The position numbers and the translations under genes are program-made. Shown here piece by piece: positions 10,205 through 18,742 of a stretch of 64,000 bases of DNA (the stretch's first letter is position 1; each line of letters opens with the position of its first letter). The notes beneath the pieces were generated by a model. It searched no databases and was not told the DNA's origin. It saw only the letters and a program-made list of their open reading frames with translations. Source of the DNA: Lachnospiraceae bacterium (GTDB taxonomy: Bacteria > Bacillota > Clostridia > Lachnospirales > Lachnospiraceae); NCBI GenBank assembly GCA_017634065.1, contig JAGBOC010000011.1, positions 60,412 to 124,411 on the forward strand, in the 5' to 3' direction.

Positions 10205-10813
10205 ATGATAAAAAATATAATATTTGATATGGGTAATGTGCTTATAGATTTTAATCCTATGCAGTATGTAGGTGAGCTTCATCTCGCGAATAAGGAAGAA
10301 GAAGAAAAAGTATTTAAGGCAGCCTATCTCAATTTTAAATCTATATATATGGATTACGGAAGAATTACTGAAGAAGAGTTTGTAAATCATGTAGTAGAAG
10401 GTATAGGGGAAGAATATCGAGATAAGATAAAAGAGTTGATAATCAACTGGCATAAGTACCTAACACCGATAAAAGGTATGGAGGAGATAGTTAAAGAACT
10501 TAAAGACAAAGGCTATAAGATATATCTTTTGTCAAATGCAGGATTTTCTCAACACGACTATTGGGATAGAATCCCAGCAAGTAAATATTTTGATGGAAAA
10601 GTAGTATCCTGCGATGTTGGCGAAGTTAAACCATTTAGAGAAATATATGAGGCACTTTATAAGAAGTTTAACATAAAGCCAGAAGAGAGTTTCTTCATCG
10701 ATGATTTAATTATCAATGTTTTTGGTGCAAATAGAACTGGCATGGAAGGCTATGTATTTACAGGAAGTGCCGAAGACTTGCGAAAAGAGTTAGTTAGAAG
10801 GGGAATATTATAA
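10205..10813 (+). CDS. HAD-superfamily hydrolase (subfamily IA-like)
   Basis: Motif I 'IIFDMGNVLIDF', motif II 'LLSNA', C-terminal 'FIDD'. Confidence 0.8.
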   Translation: MIKNIIFDMGNVLIDFNPMQYVGELHLANKEEEEKVFKAAYLNFKSIYMDYGRITEEEFVNHVVEGIGEEYRDKIKELIINWHKYLTPIKGMEEIVKELKDKGYKIYLLSNAGFSQHDYWDRIPASKYFDGKVVSCDVGEVKPFREIYEALYKKFNIKPEESFFIDDLIINVFGANRTGMEGYVFTGSAEDLRKELVRRGIL

Positions 10814-10879
10814 TAAGTTGTAAAGTTAAAACTTTGTAATTATTAAAAGCAAAAAATCATTCTATTTTGTATCATAATA

Positions 10880-11009
10880 AGTTGAAAAGTAGCCAGAATT
10901 TGTGCAAAAAATAGCAAAATATCATCCAGATTTATGTCAAAATTAGTTAAAACATCGTCCGAATTTGTGTCAAAATTAGTTGAAAAGTCGTCCGAATTTG
11001 TGTATAATC
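10880..11009 (+). repeat. Four tandem ~32-33-nt promoter-like direct repeats
   Basis: Units begin at 10880, 10913, 10945 and 10978. Consensus is about AGTTGAAAAGTCGTCCGAATTTGTGTCAAAATT. Confidence 0.85.
10980..11008 (+). promoter_or_regulatory. Consensus sigma-A-type promoter within the last repeat unit
   Basis: TTGAAA (10980-10985), 17-nt spacer, TATAAT (11003-11008), 8 nt before the ATPase ATG region. Confidence 0.6.
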
Positions 11010-11015
11010 AGGAGT

Positions 11016-12314
11016 ATGAAAAGAGAAATATTAGAAAAACTAGCTAATTGGAAGAATAGTAAAAATAGAAAGCCCTTGATTCTGAATGGTGCGAGGCAAG
11101 TTGGAAAGACCTATATACTTAAAGAGTTTGGGGCAAAATACTTTGATAATGTTTGCTATATAGACTTTAGTAGTAATGAGAGTTACAAAAATATTTTTGA
11201 AAAAGATTTTAATATTGAGCGAATAATTACTGAATTTAATGCAATTACTTCAACAAAAATAATGAGAGGCAAAACTCTTATTATTTTGGATGAAATACAA
11301 GAGGCTCCAAGAGCAATTACTTCGCTAAAATATTTTTGCGAAAATGAAAATGAATATGTAGTTGCATGTGCAGGTTCATTACTTGGAGTTGCAATACATA
11401 AAAATACATCATTTCCAGTTGGAAAAGTAAACTTAATGACAATGTTTCCTCTGACATTTATTGAGTTTTTAGAAGCAATGGGCAAAGAAGGATTAGCAAA
11501 ATTGCTTCAAGATGGCAATTACGAGAGTATAAATGATTTATCAGAAGATTATAATGCACTTCTAAAACAATATATAATAGTTGGAGGAATGCCAGAAGTT
11601 GTAAAGGAATTTGTAGAGAACAAAGATTTTACAGAAGTAAGAAATATACAAAAAGAAATTCTTAAAATGTATGATAATGATTTTAGTAAACACATAATTA
11701 ATCAAAATGAGTTATTAAAAACAAGGCAGGTGTTTACTACAATTCCAAGAGAATTAGCAAAAGAAAATAAAAAGTTTGTTTTGAGAGATATGGAGAAAGG
11801 TGCGAGACTCTCAAAATATGAAGTTGCTATTCAATGGCTTGTTGATGCTGGTGTGGTTTACAAAATACACAATGTTGATAAAATTGGAATACCACTATCT
11901 GCTTATAAAAAAATGGAAAACTTCAAAATCTATTTAGTCGATGTAGGATTATTAGGTGCAATGAGCAATCTTGATTATGCAGTGATTATTGAAGAAAATA
12001 GATTATTTGTTGAATTTAAAGGTGCACTAGCAGAACAATATATTTGTCAGGAATTAATGTATAGGTATCAAGATGAATTGTTTTTTTATTCAGATAGCAA
12101 ATCTGAAATGGAAGTAGATTTTATGATTCAGTCAAGAAATGAGCCTATCCCAATAGAAGTTAAATCAGGCAGTGTAGTTCAAGCAAAAAGTTTAAAACAA
12201 TATATAAAGAAGTATAAACCAAGTTATGCAGTTAGATTTAGTTTACTTAAGAACAAATATGATGAAACTATAAAAAATTATTCACTTTGGTCGGTGCCGA
12301 ATCAAATATTATAA
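11016..12314 (+). CDS. AAA+ ATPase with C-terminal DUF4143 / PD-(D/E)xK-like module
   Basis: Walker A 'GARQVGKTY', Walker B 'LIILDEIQ', C-terminal 'EVDFMI....PIPIEVKSG'. Start at ATG 11016 behind 'ggag'. Confidence 0.8.
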   Translation: MKREILEKLANWKNSKNRKPLILNGARQVGKTYILKEFGAKYFDNVCYIDFSSNESYKNIFEKDFNIERIITEFNAITSTKIMRGKTLIILDEIQEAPRAITSLKYFCENENEYVVACAGSLLGVAIHKNTSFPVGKVNLMTMFPLTFIEFLEAMGKEGLAKLLQDGNYESINDLSEDYNALLKQYIIVGGMPEVVKEFVENKDFTEVRNIQKEILKMYDNDFSKHIINQNELLKTRQVFTTIPRELAKENKKFVLRDMEKGARLSKYEVAIQWLVDAGVVYKIHNVDKIGIPLSAYKKMENFKIYLVDVGLLGAMSNLDYAVIIEENRLFVEFKGALAEQYICQELMYRYQDELFFYSDSKSEMEVDFMIQSRNEPIPIEVKSGSVVQAKSLKQYIKKYKPSYAVRFSLLKNKYDETIKNYSLWSVPNQIL

Positions 12315-12353
12315 ATATAAATTGTTAGATAAAACATTAAAGGGGAAATAATT

Positions 12354-13131
12354 ATGGATATGTTAGCAAAATATAAAGTAGTAGCAAAAAGATACGAGGA
12401 TATGCTTATGAATACTGAAGGCGCTTTAGGCGTAATGCACCTGGGGGGGGGTGGCAAGAGAACGCGCTGATGAACATTCTGACATTGACATTGCTGTATT
12501 TTCTTATGACAAACTTGATATTAAAGAAGGAGAGCAATTATCTGAAGAAGGATATGATGTTGAAATTTTTAATATTTGCATAAATAAAGGATTTGATGAC
12601 TGGGATCCTATCAAAAAAGAAGCATATGCTGAAGGAATTATTGCAAGAGATACAAATGGTATTGTTAAAGACTTTATGGATAAAGCTCTTTTTTATGACG
12701 AAGAGTTTAGATGTAGGTATTTAGCAAAAAATATATTTGATATTGCTTGGCACGGTTGGATTTATACACCATTTAGGAATCAAAATGTAAAAGGATATAA
12801 TTGGATTTTGCCAAATAACTTATGGCATCAAAGAGGAGAAATAAGTAATGATTACTATTTAACGAATTGGTGTATCAATAGTTTTATAGAATTGTTATTT
12901 GTAGTAAATAGAAAGTGGACTCCTGATTTTAAATGGAGATGGATTCGCTCTTGTCACTTAGAAAAATTACCAAGTAATTATAAAGAAAATATGAGTTATT
13001 TATTGTTTGAACCTTGGAATGAAGATACTTGGCTACAAAAGGGAAAGGTTTTCCAAAGGATGATTGATGAAGTAATACCGATGGTAATTGATGACATGCC
13101 TGAAGACTGGTATAACTTATTGGAGCACTAA
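12354..13131 (+). pseudogene. Pol-beta-type nucleotidyltransferase-domain gene interrupted by a +1 frameshift at a G9 tract (or phase-OFF state)
   Basis: ATG 12354 with RBS 'aagggg'. The frame stops at TGA 12468. The downstream frame (ORF 12451..13131) reads 'ARERADEHSDIDIAVF'. Removing one G from G9 (12443-12451) fuses them to '...GALGVMHLGGVARERADEHSDIDIAVF'. Confidence 0.75.
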
Positions 13132-13149
13132 TAGTTGAATGGAGTTTAT

Positions 13150-16100
13150 ATGGAAACAAATAAAGTATTCATTTCTCATCAACATAATAATGATGATATA
13201 GCAAATAAAGTTTTGTCAGCATTAGAGAATAGTGGTTTAGAGTGTTTTGTTGATCATATGCATATTCCTGACGGTAAGAATTGGAGTGACAGAATTGAAA
13301 AGGAATTAACCGAATGCAAATATTTTATTTTGATAAACTCTGAATATACTGTAGGGTCAAATGGTTGTTATGTTGAATTAGATAGAGCAAAACAAGCAAA
13401 AAAACAAATTATTATATTAAAACTTGGCGACTTCAAGGAAGATTATAAGTGGGACGTTTTGCTTACTGCAGTTCAGGTGACACAAATTACAGAAGATAGA
13501 GTATATGATATTGTCAAGAATAAAGTTGTACCTAGTTTCATAGGGTCACAGCAAAAAAATGAAGTAAATAAAATGACCATAGATGAGTTTAACAATGTAG
13601 AGATTGATAAACTGAAAAACGATTCTTCTGAAACATATTTGAGAACATCTTTTAATGATTTTGTTGATTTAGCAATTAAGGGAAATGAGAGATTATCAAT
13701 TATTAAATATAAACAAAATTGTGAGTATGAAGATAATCTATACACAAAATTAATAAATATAAAGAATGATGAAGTAAAATTCATCTATTGCAACTCAATA
13801 GCATCTGTTGATTTATCAATTAATTTGATTGCTGAACAAAAACAGGAAGAGGTTTATTATTTATTTATAAAGAGCATTAATGAAATTGATGGACTAAATA
13901 AGATACATAGCTTAATTCAGAATCATAAAAATATAAACTTTATAATTGGAATTAATTTAGAATCATGGATAGATTTTAATAACGAATTTAATGATGCCAG
14001 GTGTCTTGTTTTTGATAAAATGTCTAATAAAGAAACGATAGAATATTTAAAACAGTTAGAAAAGGAAGAAGGGCTAAATATAGGTGGCAATTTACAAACA
14101 ATATTTTTGTTACCAGCGCTTCATGATTTTAGGACTCCAAAGTTACTAAAGATTATTATTAATTACATAAAGAAAAATTATTCGTCTTACAATGATTCGG
14201 ATTTTAATTTGACAGATATTTTTGATTTTTATGATAAATATTTAGAAACCAATGTTAAAGCAAATGAAGCATTTGAAGAATTGATTAGTATTGCTATAAA
14301 AAAGAAATTCAATGTTTTTACTCTTACAGAATTTGCAGATAATAAAAATGTATTATTCGAGAATGAATTAGTGACAAAAAAGGGGATTAATTATAAAATA
14401 GGAAATGAAGAGTATTTTCTACATAGAGTTGCTATGCATATTTTTACAACATATGGTTCTAATTACGAGGAATCATCAGTATTAGCAATAAAGGATTCTA
14501 TTCCTTATTATATATATTTATATTATAGCGAAACTCATGAATTAATACTCGACAAATTTAAATTGGATGAGCAAAATATTAGTAAACTATTACAATTATT
14601 CATTAGTGAGGAAGAAGCATTTACTAGTATAGTTTTATCAAGAAAATATGACACAGAAATTGTAAAACTGCTAAATGAAATTAATGAAAAAGGATTGTAT
14701 AATATTTCTGAAAGAATAATTAGTATTTTTGAAAAAGAAGGTATAGACCCAAGTGAAGAACTTGATTATTTATCTGCTAAAATTGAGATGCATTATAATA
14801 TGACAGATGAATTACTTGAAACTGATGCTGAATTTGGTAATGTATTGGCTGAAAAGGCGTATATTTGTTATCAAACAGATAATTTTACTAAAGCAGGTGA
14901 ATTATTTGATAAAGCAATTGACAAAATGCTTGATGCAAATCAAACTAATTATAAACTTATATTTAATTATATAGAGTATCTATTTGATTTTGGTGACTAT
15001 AACAAAATTGAAGAATTACTTAATTATGTAGATAATGAAGACATTAAGTCAAGTGATGACTTGCTAATTAAGTATTATTATAGTCAGGCTGAATTAGATG
15101 GATATCGTTTGGAGATAGATTCATGCCTTTATAATTTAGAGAAATGCATATCTTTGTGCGAAAAGAATGTCAATATTGGTAAAATGCAGATTTATTATGG
15201 TGAAAAAGGATATTACTTAATGCTTAAAGGTAAATATGACGAATCTAAAAGATATAGTAGAATTAATTTGGAAATAGCAAAATCTTTAGGTAATTTTAAT
15301 GGAATGGTGGTGGCATCTATTAATCTTGCAATGTGCGAGTTAGCTTTACAAAACTTTGAACAAATGTATAAGTTAGTTTCATATGCCTTAGTATATGCAA
15401 AAAATGTTAGAAATTACTGGAGATATAGCGAGAGTTTTATGTATCTGTTACTATTGATAAAGGACAAGGATAAATTAGAAAACATTGATGAAATAATACC
15501 AAATGTAGATTCTGATATATTTAGAACATATATATATTTGTTATATTCATATTATTACTATATAAAAAAAGATATAGCACTTGCTAAAGAAAAAATTAAT
15601 ATTGCTATAAATTATTCAAATCAGATTGAAAATGTACAATTAAAAGAGATGGTAAAGGCATGGTCTAATTACATAAGCACTGAAAAAGTTGGAAATATTG
15701 ACAATGAGTTAAGACAATATATGAATGATGTGATTGAATCATTAAATGCTTTAAGAATTGAAGAAAAAACATTTACTTTGCCACTAGAGTTTTATTTGTA
15801 TAAAGAACTAAATAGTGAACGACTAAAATATAGAATTATGAAAATTTCTGATATACCAGATATATTTGAATATTCTAGTAATAGTGAATGTACTAAATAT
15901 GTATTATTTGATAAGCACAAATCTTTTAATGATACTGCAAAGTTTGTTGCAAATGTATATGATGAAAATAATACTGGAACATATATGTGTTGGGCAGTAG
16001 AGCATAGAGAAGACAAGAAAGTTATTGGCACAATTGATTTGATATTAAGTGAAAGATATAATGAAATAGAAATAGGATATATATTTAATAAGAATTATTG

Positions 16101-16320
16101 GAGAAAAGGTTACGGAAGAGAGTCAGTAAAGACAATCGTTGACTATTGTAAAAATTGTTTGGGGCTCAAAAGTTTATTAGGTGTTGCTTTTGAAGTAAAT
16201 GAAGGATCAAGAAAATTGTTAGAATCTACAGGTTTTGTTGAATTTGAAAAAATAGAAAATTATCATAATAAAATATTACTTAAATCAAAAAATGGTGTAG
16301 CATACAGGCTTTTATTATAA
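13150..16320 (+). CDS. TIR-domain - helical/TPR scaffold - GNAT acetyltransferase fusion protein (1,056 aa)
   Basis: N-terminus 'KVFISHQH...GLECFVDHMHIPDGKNWSDRIEKEL.ECKYFILINS......GCYVELDRA' (TIR_2-like). C-terminus 'IGYIFNKNYWRKGYGRESVKTIVDYC...EVNEGSRKLLESTGF' (RimJ/RimL-type GNAT). No Walker A seen. Start at ATG 13150 after 'ggag'. Confidence 0.75.
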   Translation: METNKVFISHQHNNDDIANKVLSALENSGLECFVDHMHIPDGKNWSDRIEKELTECKYFILINSEYTVGSNGCYVELDRAKQAKKQIIILKLGDFKEDYKWDVLLTAVQVTQITEDRVYDIVKNKVVPSFIGSQQKNEVNKMTIDEFNNVEIDKLKNDSSETYLRTSFNDFVDLAIKGNERLSIIKYKQNCEYEDNLYTKLINIKNDEVKFIYCNSIASVDLSINLIAEQKQEEVYYLFIKSINEIDGLNKIHSLIQNHKNINFIIGINLESWIDFNNEFNDARCLVFDKMSNKETIEYLKQLEKEEGLNIGGNLQTIFLLPALHDFRTPKLLKIIINYIKKNYSSYNDSDFNLTDIFDFYDKYLETNVKANEAFEELISIAIKKKFNVFTLTEFADNKNVLFENELVTKKGINYKIGNEEYFLHRVAMHIFTTYGSNYEESSVLAIKDSIPYYIYLYYSETHELILDKFKLDEQNISKLLQLFISEEEAFTSIVLSRKYDTEIVKLLNEINEKGLYNISERIISIFEKEGIDPSEELDYLSAKIEMHYNMTDELLETDAEFGNVLAEKAYICYQTDNFTKAGELFDKAIDKMLDANQTNYKLIFNYIEYLFDFGDYNKIEELLNYVDNEDIKSSDDLLIKYYYSQAELDGYRLEIDSCLYNLEKCISLCEKNVNIGKMQIYYGEKGYYLMLKGKYDESKRYSRINLEIAKSLGNFNGMVVASINLAMCELALQNFEQMYKLVSYALVYAKNVRNYWRYSESFMYLLLLIKDKDKLENIDEIIPNVDSDIFRTYIYLLYSYYYYIKKDIALAKEKINIAINYSNQIENVQLKEMVKAWSNYISTEKVGNIDNELRQYMNDVIESLNALRIEEKTFTLPLEFYLYKELNSERLKYRIMKISDIPDIFEYSSNSECTKYVLFDKHKSFNDTAKFVANVYDENNTGTYMCWAVEHREDKKVIGTIDLILSERYNEIEIGYIFNKNYWRKGYGRESVKTIVDYCKNCLGLKSLLGVAFEVNEGSRKLLESTGFVEFEKIENYHNKILLKSKNGVAYRLLL

Positions 16321-16338
16321 TTAAGTTGTATGGTAAAG

Positions 16339-16464
16339 GTTAGAACAACCATTGTAGGGTCGAAGATTAGAACAACCATTGTAAGTGTGAAAATTAGAGC
16401 AACCATTGTAAGTGCGAAAATTAGAGAACCATTGTAGGGGCGAAGGTTTCCGAGCCCGAAAGGA
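16339..16464 (+). repeat. Tandem 27-nt repeat array ending in a GTAG-type element and CCCGAAAGGA
   Basis: Exact 27-nt periods at 16339, 16366 and 16393. Fourth unit (16420-) ends 'gtaggggcgaaggtttccgagcccgaaagga', 4 nt before the xpt ATG. Confidence 0.9.
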
Positions 16465-16468
16465 AAAT

Positions 16469-17044
16469 ATGCAAGAGTTAAAAGAAAAAATCTTAAAAGA
16501 AGGTAAGATTTGTCCAAATGATATAGTGAAAGTTGACTCATTTCTCAATCATCAAGTCGATGTTCACTTTCTAAAAAAAATTGGACAGGAGTTTAAGAAG
16601 AGATTTGAAGGAGCAGAGGTTAGTAAGGTTTTGACTATAGAATCTTCTGGCATAGCTATAGCTTGTTATACAGCGGAGGCATTTGACTGCAGACTTGTAT
16701 TTGCGAAAAAAGGTGTATCGCTTAATCAATCAGAGGATTTTTATGAGTCAAAAGTATTTTCTTATACAAGAAGAGAAGAGTATCCTATAAGAGTTTCAAA
16801 AGAGTTTTTAGGTAAAGATGATAAGGTTTTAGTCATAGATGATTTCCTTGCAAATGGAGCGGCACTTAATGGACTTATAGATATAGTGAAAAAATCAGGT
16901 GCTACCCTTGTCGGATGTGGAACTGTCATAGAAAAAGGATTTCAACCAGGTGGTAAAAGTTTAAGAGAAAAAGGCATAAGAGTTGAGTCACTTGCAATCA
17001 TTGAATCGACAGATGAAGTTAATCAGAAAATTACATTTCGTTAA
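16469..17044 (+). CDS. xpt: Xanthine phosphoribosyltransferase
   Basis: 'VKVDSFLNHQVD', 'TIESSGIA', 'VLVIDDFLANG', 'VIEKGFQPG'. Closely matches my recollection of Bacillus Xpt along its whole length. Confidence 0.93.
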   Translation: MQELKEKILKEGKICPNDIVKVDSFLNHQVDVHFLKKIGQEFKKRFEGAEVSKVLTIESSGIAIACYTAEAFDCRLVFAKKGVSLNQSEDFYESKVFSYTRREEYPIRVSKEFLGKDDKVLVIDDFLANGAALNGLIDIVKKSGATLVGCGTVIEKGFQPGGKSLREKGIRVESLAIIESTDEVNQKITFR

Positions 17045-17113
17045 TTATTAGTAAAAGAGAACTTCATAAACATATTTGTAATGTTTATTACTTATGAGTT
17101 CAAGAGGTGAATC

Positions 17114-18478
17114 ATGTATGATGTAGCGATAATAGGCGCTGGTCCTGGTGGGATATTTTCTGCCTATGAGCTTCTAAAATTGAATAAAGACATAAAGATA
17201 GTTATGATAGAGATGGGAAATGTCCTTGAGAAAAGACATTGTCCTATTGATGGTGTAAAAATAAAATCATGCATCAACTGTAAACCTTGTAGCATAATGA
17301 ATGGCTTTGGTGGTGCAGGAGCATTTTCAGATGGAAAATATAATATAACAAATGATTTTGGTGGGACACTCTATCAATATATTGGTAAAGACGAAGCAAT
17401 AGAACTTATGAAATATGTTGATACGATAAATGTTGAAAATGGTGGACAGAATACAATACTTTACAAAAATGATAATTCTGCTATAAAAAAGATGTGTCTC
17501 CAAAATGGGCTTAAGTTACTTGATGCTGAAGTAAGACATTTAGGTACTGATGTGAATTACATTGTGATGGGAAATATTTACAAGAAACTAAAAGATAAGA
17601 TTGATATAAAGTTTAATACGATATGTGAGAGCATAGAAGATAAAAATGGAAGTTACCTAATAAAGACTGATAGTGGCGAGTTTGAAGCAAAGAAATGTAT
17701 CATTTCTGCTGGAAGATCAGGTAGCAAGTGGATGGAAAAAGTTTGCAAGGAGATGGGAATAGAGACTAAAAGTAACCGCGTCGACTTGGGTGTCCGCGTT
17801 GAGCTTCCTGCTATCATATTTAAACATCTTACTGATGAATTATATGAGAGTAAGATTGTGTATAGAACTCCAAAATATGATGACAATGTCAGAACATTTT
17901 GTATGAATCCATATGGTTCTGTAGTTCAGGAGAATACAAATGGCATCATAACAGTAAATGGTCATAGTTATGATGACCCAAAACTTAAAACTTCAAATAC
18001 GAATTTTGCTGTGCTTGTCGCAAAGACATTTTCAGAACCATTCAAAGATAGTAATGGCTATGGTGAATCAATAGCGAGACTTTCAAATATGCTAGGTGGT
18101 GGTGTCATAGTTCAAAGATTTGGAGATATGATAAGTGGAAGAAGAAGTACTGAAAAGAGAATACAAGAAGGATTCGTAACTCCAACTCTTAAAGCTACTG
18201 CGGGAGATTTGTCACTTGTCCTACCAAAGAGAATACTTGACTGTATCATAGAGTTCATATATCAACTTGATAAAGTTGCTCCAGGAACTGCAAATGTAGA
18301 TACATTACTTTATGGAGTAGAAGTTAAGTTTTATAATATGGAAGTGAAATTGGATAAAAATCTTGAGACAAACCATAAAGGACTTTTTGTCATCGGAGAT
18401 TGCAGTGGTATAACTCATTCACTTTCACATGCAAGTGCTTCGGGTGTGTATGTCGCAAGACATATCATTATTGACTAA
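17114..18478 (+). CDS. FAD-dependent oxidoreductase-like protein (uncharacterised FAD-dependent dehydrogenase family)
   Basis: Rossmann motif 'YDVAIIGAGPGGIFSA', C-terminal 'GLFVIGDCSG'. Confidence 0.75.
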   Translation: MYDVAIIGAGPGGIFSAYELLKLNKDIKIVMIEMGNVLEKRHCPIDGVKIKSCINCKPCSIMNGFGGAGAFSDGKYNITNDFGGTLYQYIGKDEAIELMKYVDTINVENGGQNTILYKNDNSAIKKMCLQNGLKLLDAEVRHLGTDVNYIVMGNIYKKLKDKIDIKFNTICESIEDKNGSYLIKTDSGEFEAKKCIISAGRSGSKWMEKVCKEMGIETKSNRVDLGVRVELPAIIFKHLTDELYESKIVYRTPKYDDNVRTFCMNPYGSVVQENTNGIITVNGHSYDDPKLKTSNTNFAVLVAKTFSEPFKDSNGYGESIARLSNMLGGGVIVQRFGDMISGRRSTEKRIQEGFVTPTLKATAGDLSLVLPKRILDCIIEFIYQLDKVAPGTANVDTLLYGVEVKFYNMEVKLDKNLETNHKGLFVIGDCSGITHSLSHASASGVYVARHIIID

Positions 18479-18531
18479 ACTATTTTTTTGTGATAACATC
18501 ATAATATATATTTTTCTTATGCAATTAGTTG

Positions 18532-18621
18532 GGAGATAGGAGGGTAGCTGGTGCGCCCCGCGGTCTTCAACACCGTTGTGAAAGTTAAACTTTCGGCTAG
18601 GTTCGATTCCTAGCGTCTCCG
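18532..18621 (+). tRNA. selC: tRNA-Sec (anticodon UCA)
   Basis: Anticodon stem-loop 'gcggt-CTTCAAC-accgt' with TCA at 18667-offset-free position 18567-18569. Long variable arm 'gaaagt-taa-actttc'. T-arm 'ctagg-ttcgatt-cctag'. Sits directly upstream of selA. No encoded CCA. Acceptor pairing is imperfect, so the ends are +/- 2 nt. Confidence 0.85.
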
Positions 18622-18666
18622 TTTATTAATTAGTTGAGACCAAAGAAAATTAGTAATCTATTTTAG

Positions 18667-18694
18667 AGTTCTTTGGTTTCAAAGAACTTTTTTA
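18667..18694 (+). terminator. Rho-independent terminator after selC
   Basis: 'agttctttg-gttt-caaagaact' followed by T6. Confidence 0.75.
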
Positions 18695-18742
18695 TTTATA
18701 AGAGTTATAAAAAGAGGTCAAAGTATCATTTAGTTTTAAATT

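Noticed and set aside
10980-11015. N-terminal extensions given by the ORF track (TTG 10980, 13135, 16412, 4185, 9041, 34839, 36586, 38764, 40980, 56077, 57684, 53093).
   Set aside because: In each case an internal ATG lies 4-9 nt after a Shine-Dalgarno-like motif. It also matches the conserved N-terminus of the protein family or removes overlap with a neighbouring gene or repeat.
16339-16464. The tandem 26-27-nt arrays (also 20152-20256) looked at first like small CRISPR arrays.
   Set aside because: The units are directly contiguous with no unique spacers. They decay in sequence along the array. There are no cas genes in the window, and the same unit occurs singly elsewhere and inside leuS.
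16321-16468. Expected purine riboswitch upstream of xpt.
   Set aside because: The region is fully occupied by 27-nt repeats. None of the conserved purine-riboswitch loop or junction sequences are present.
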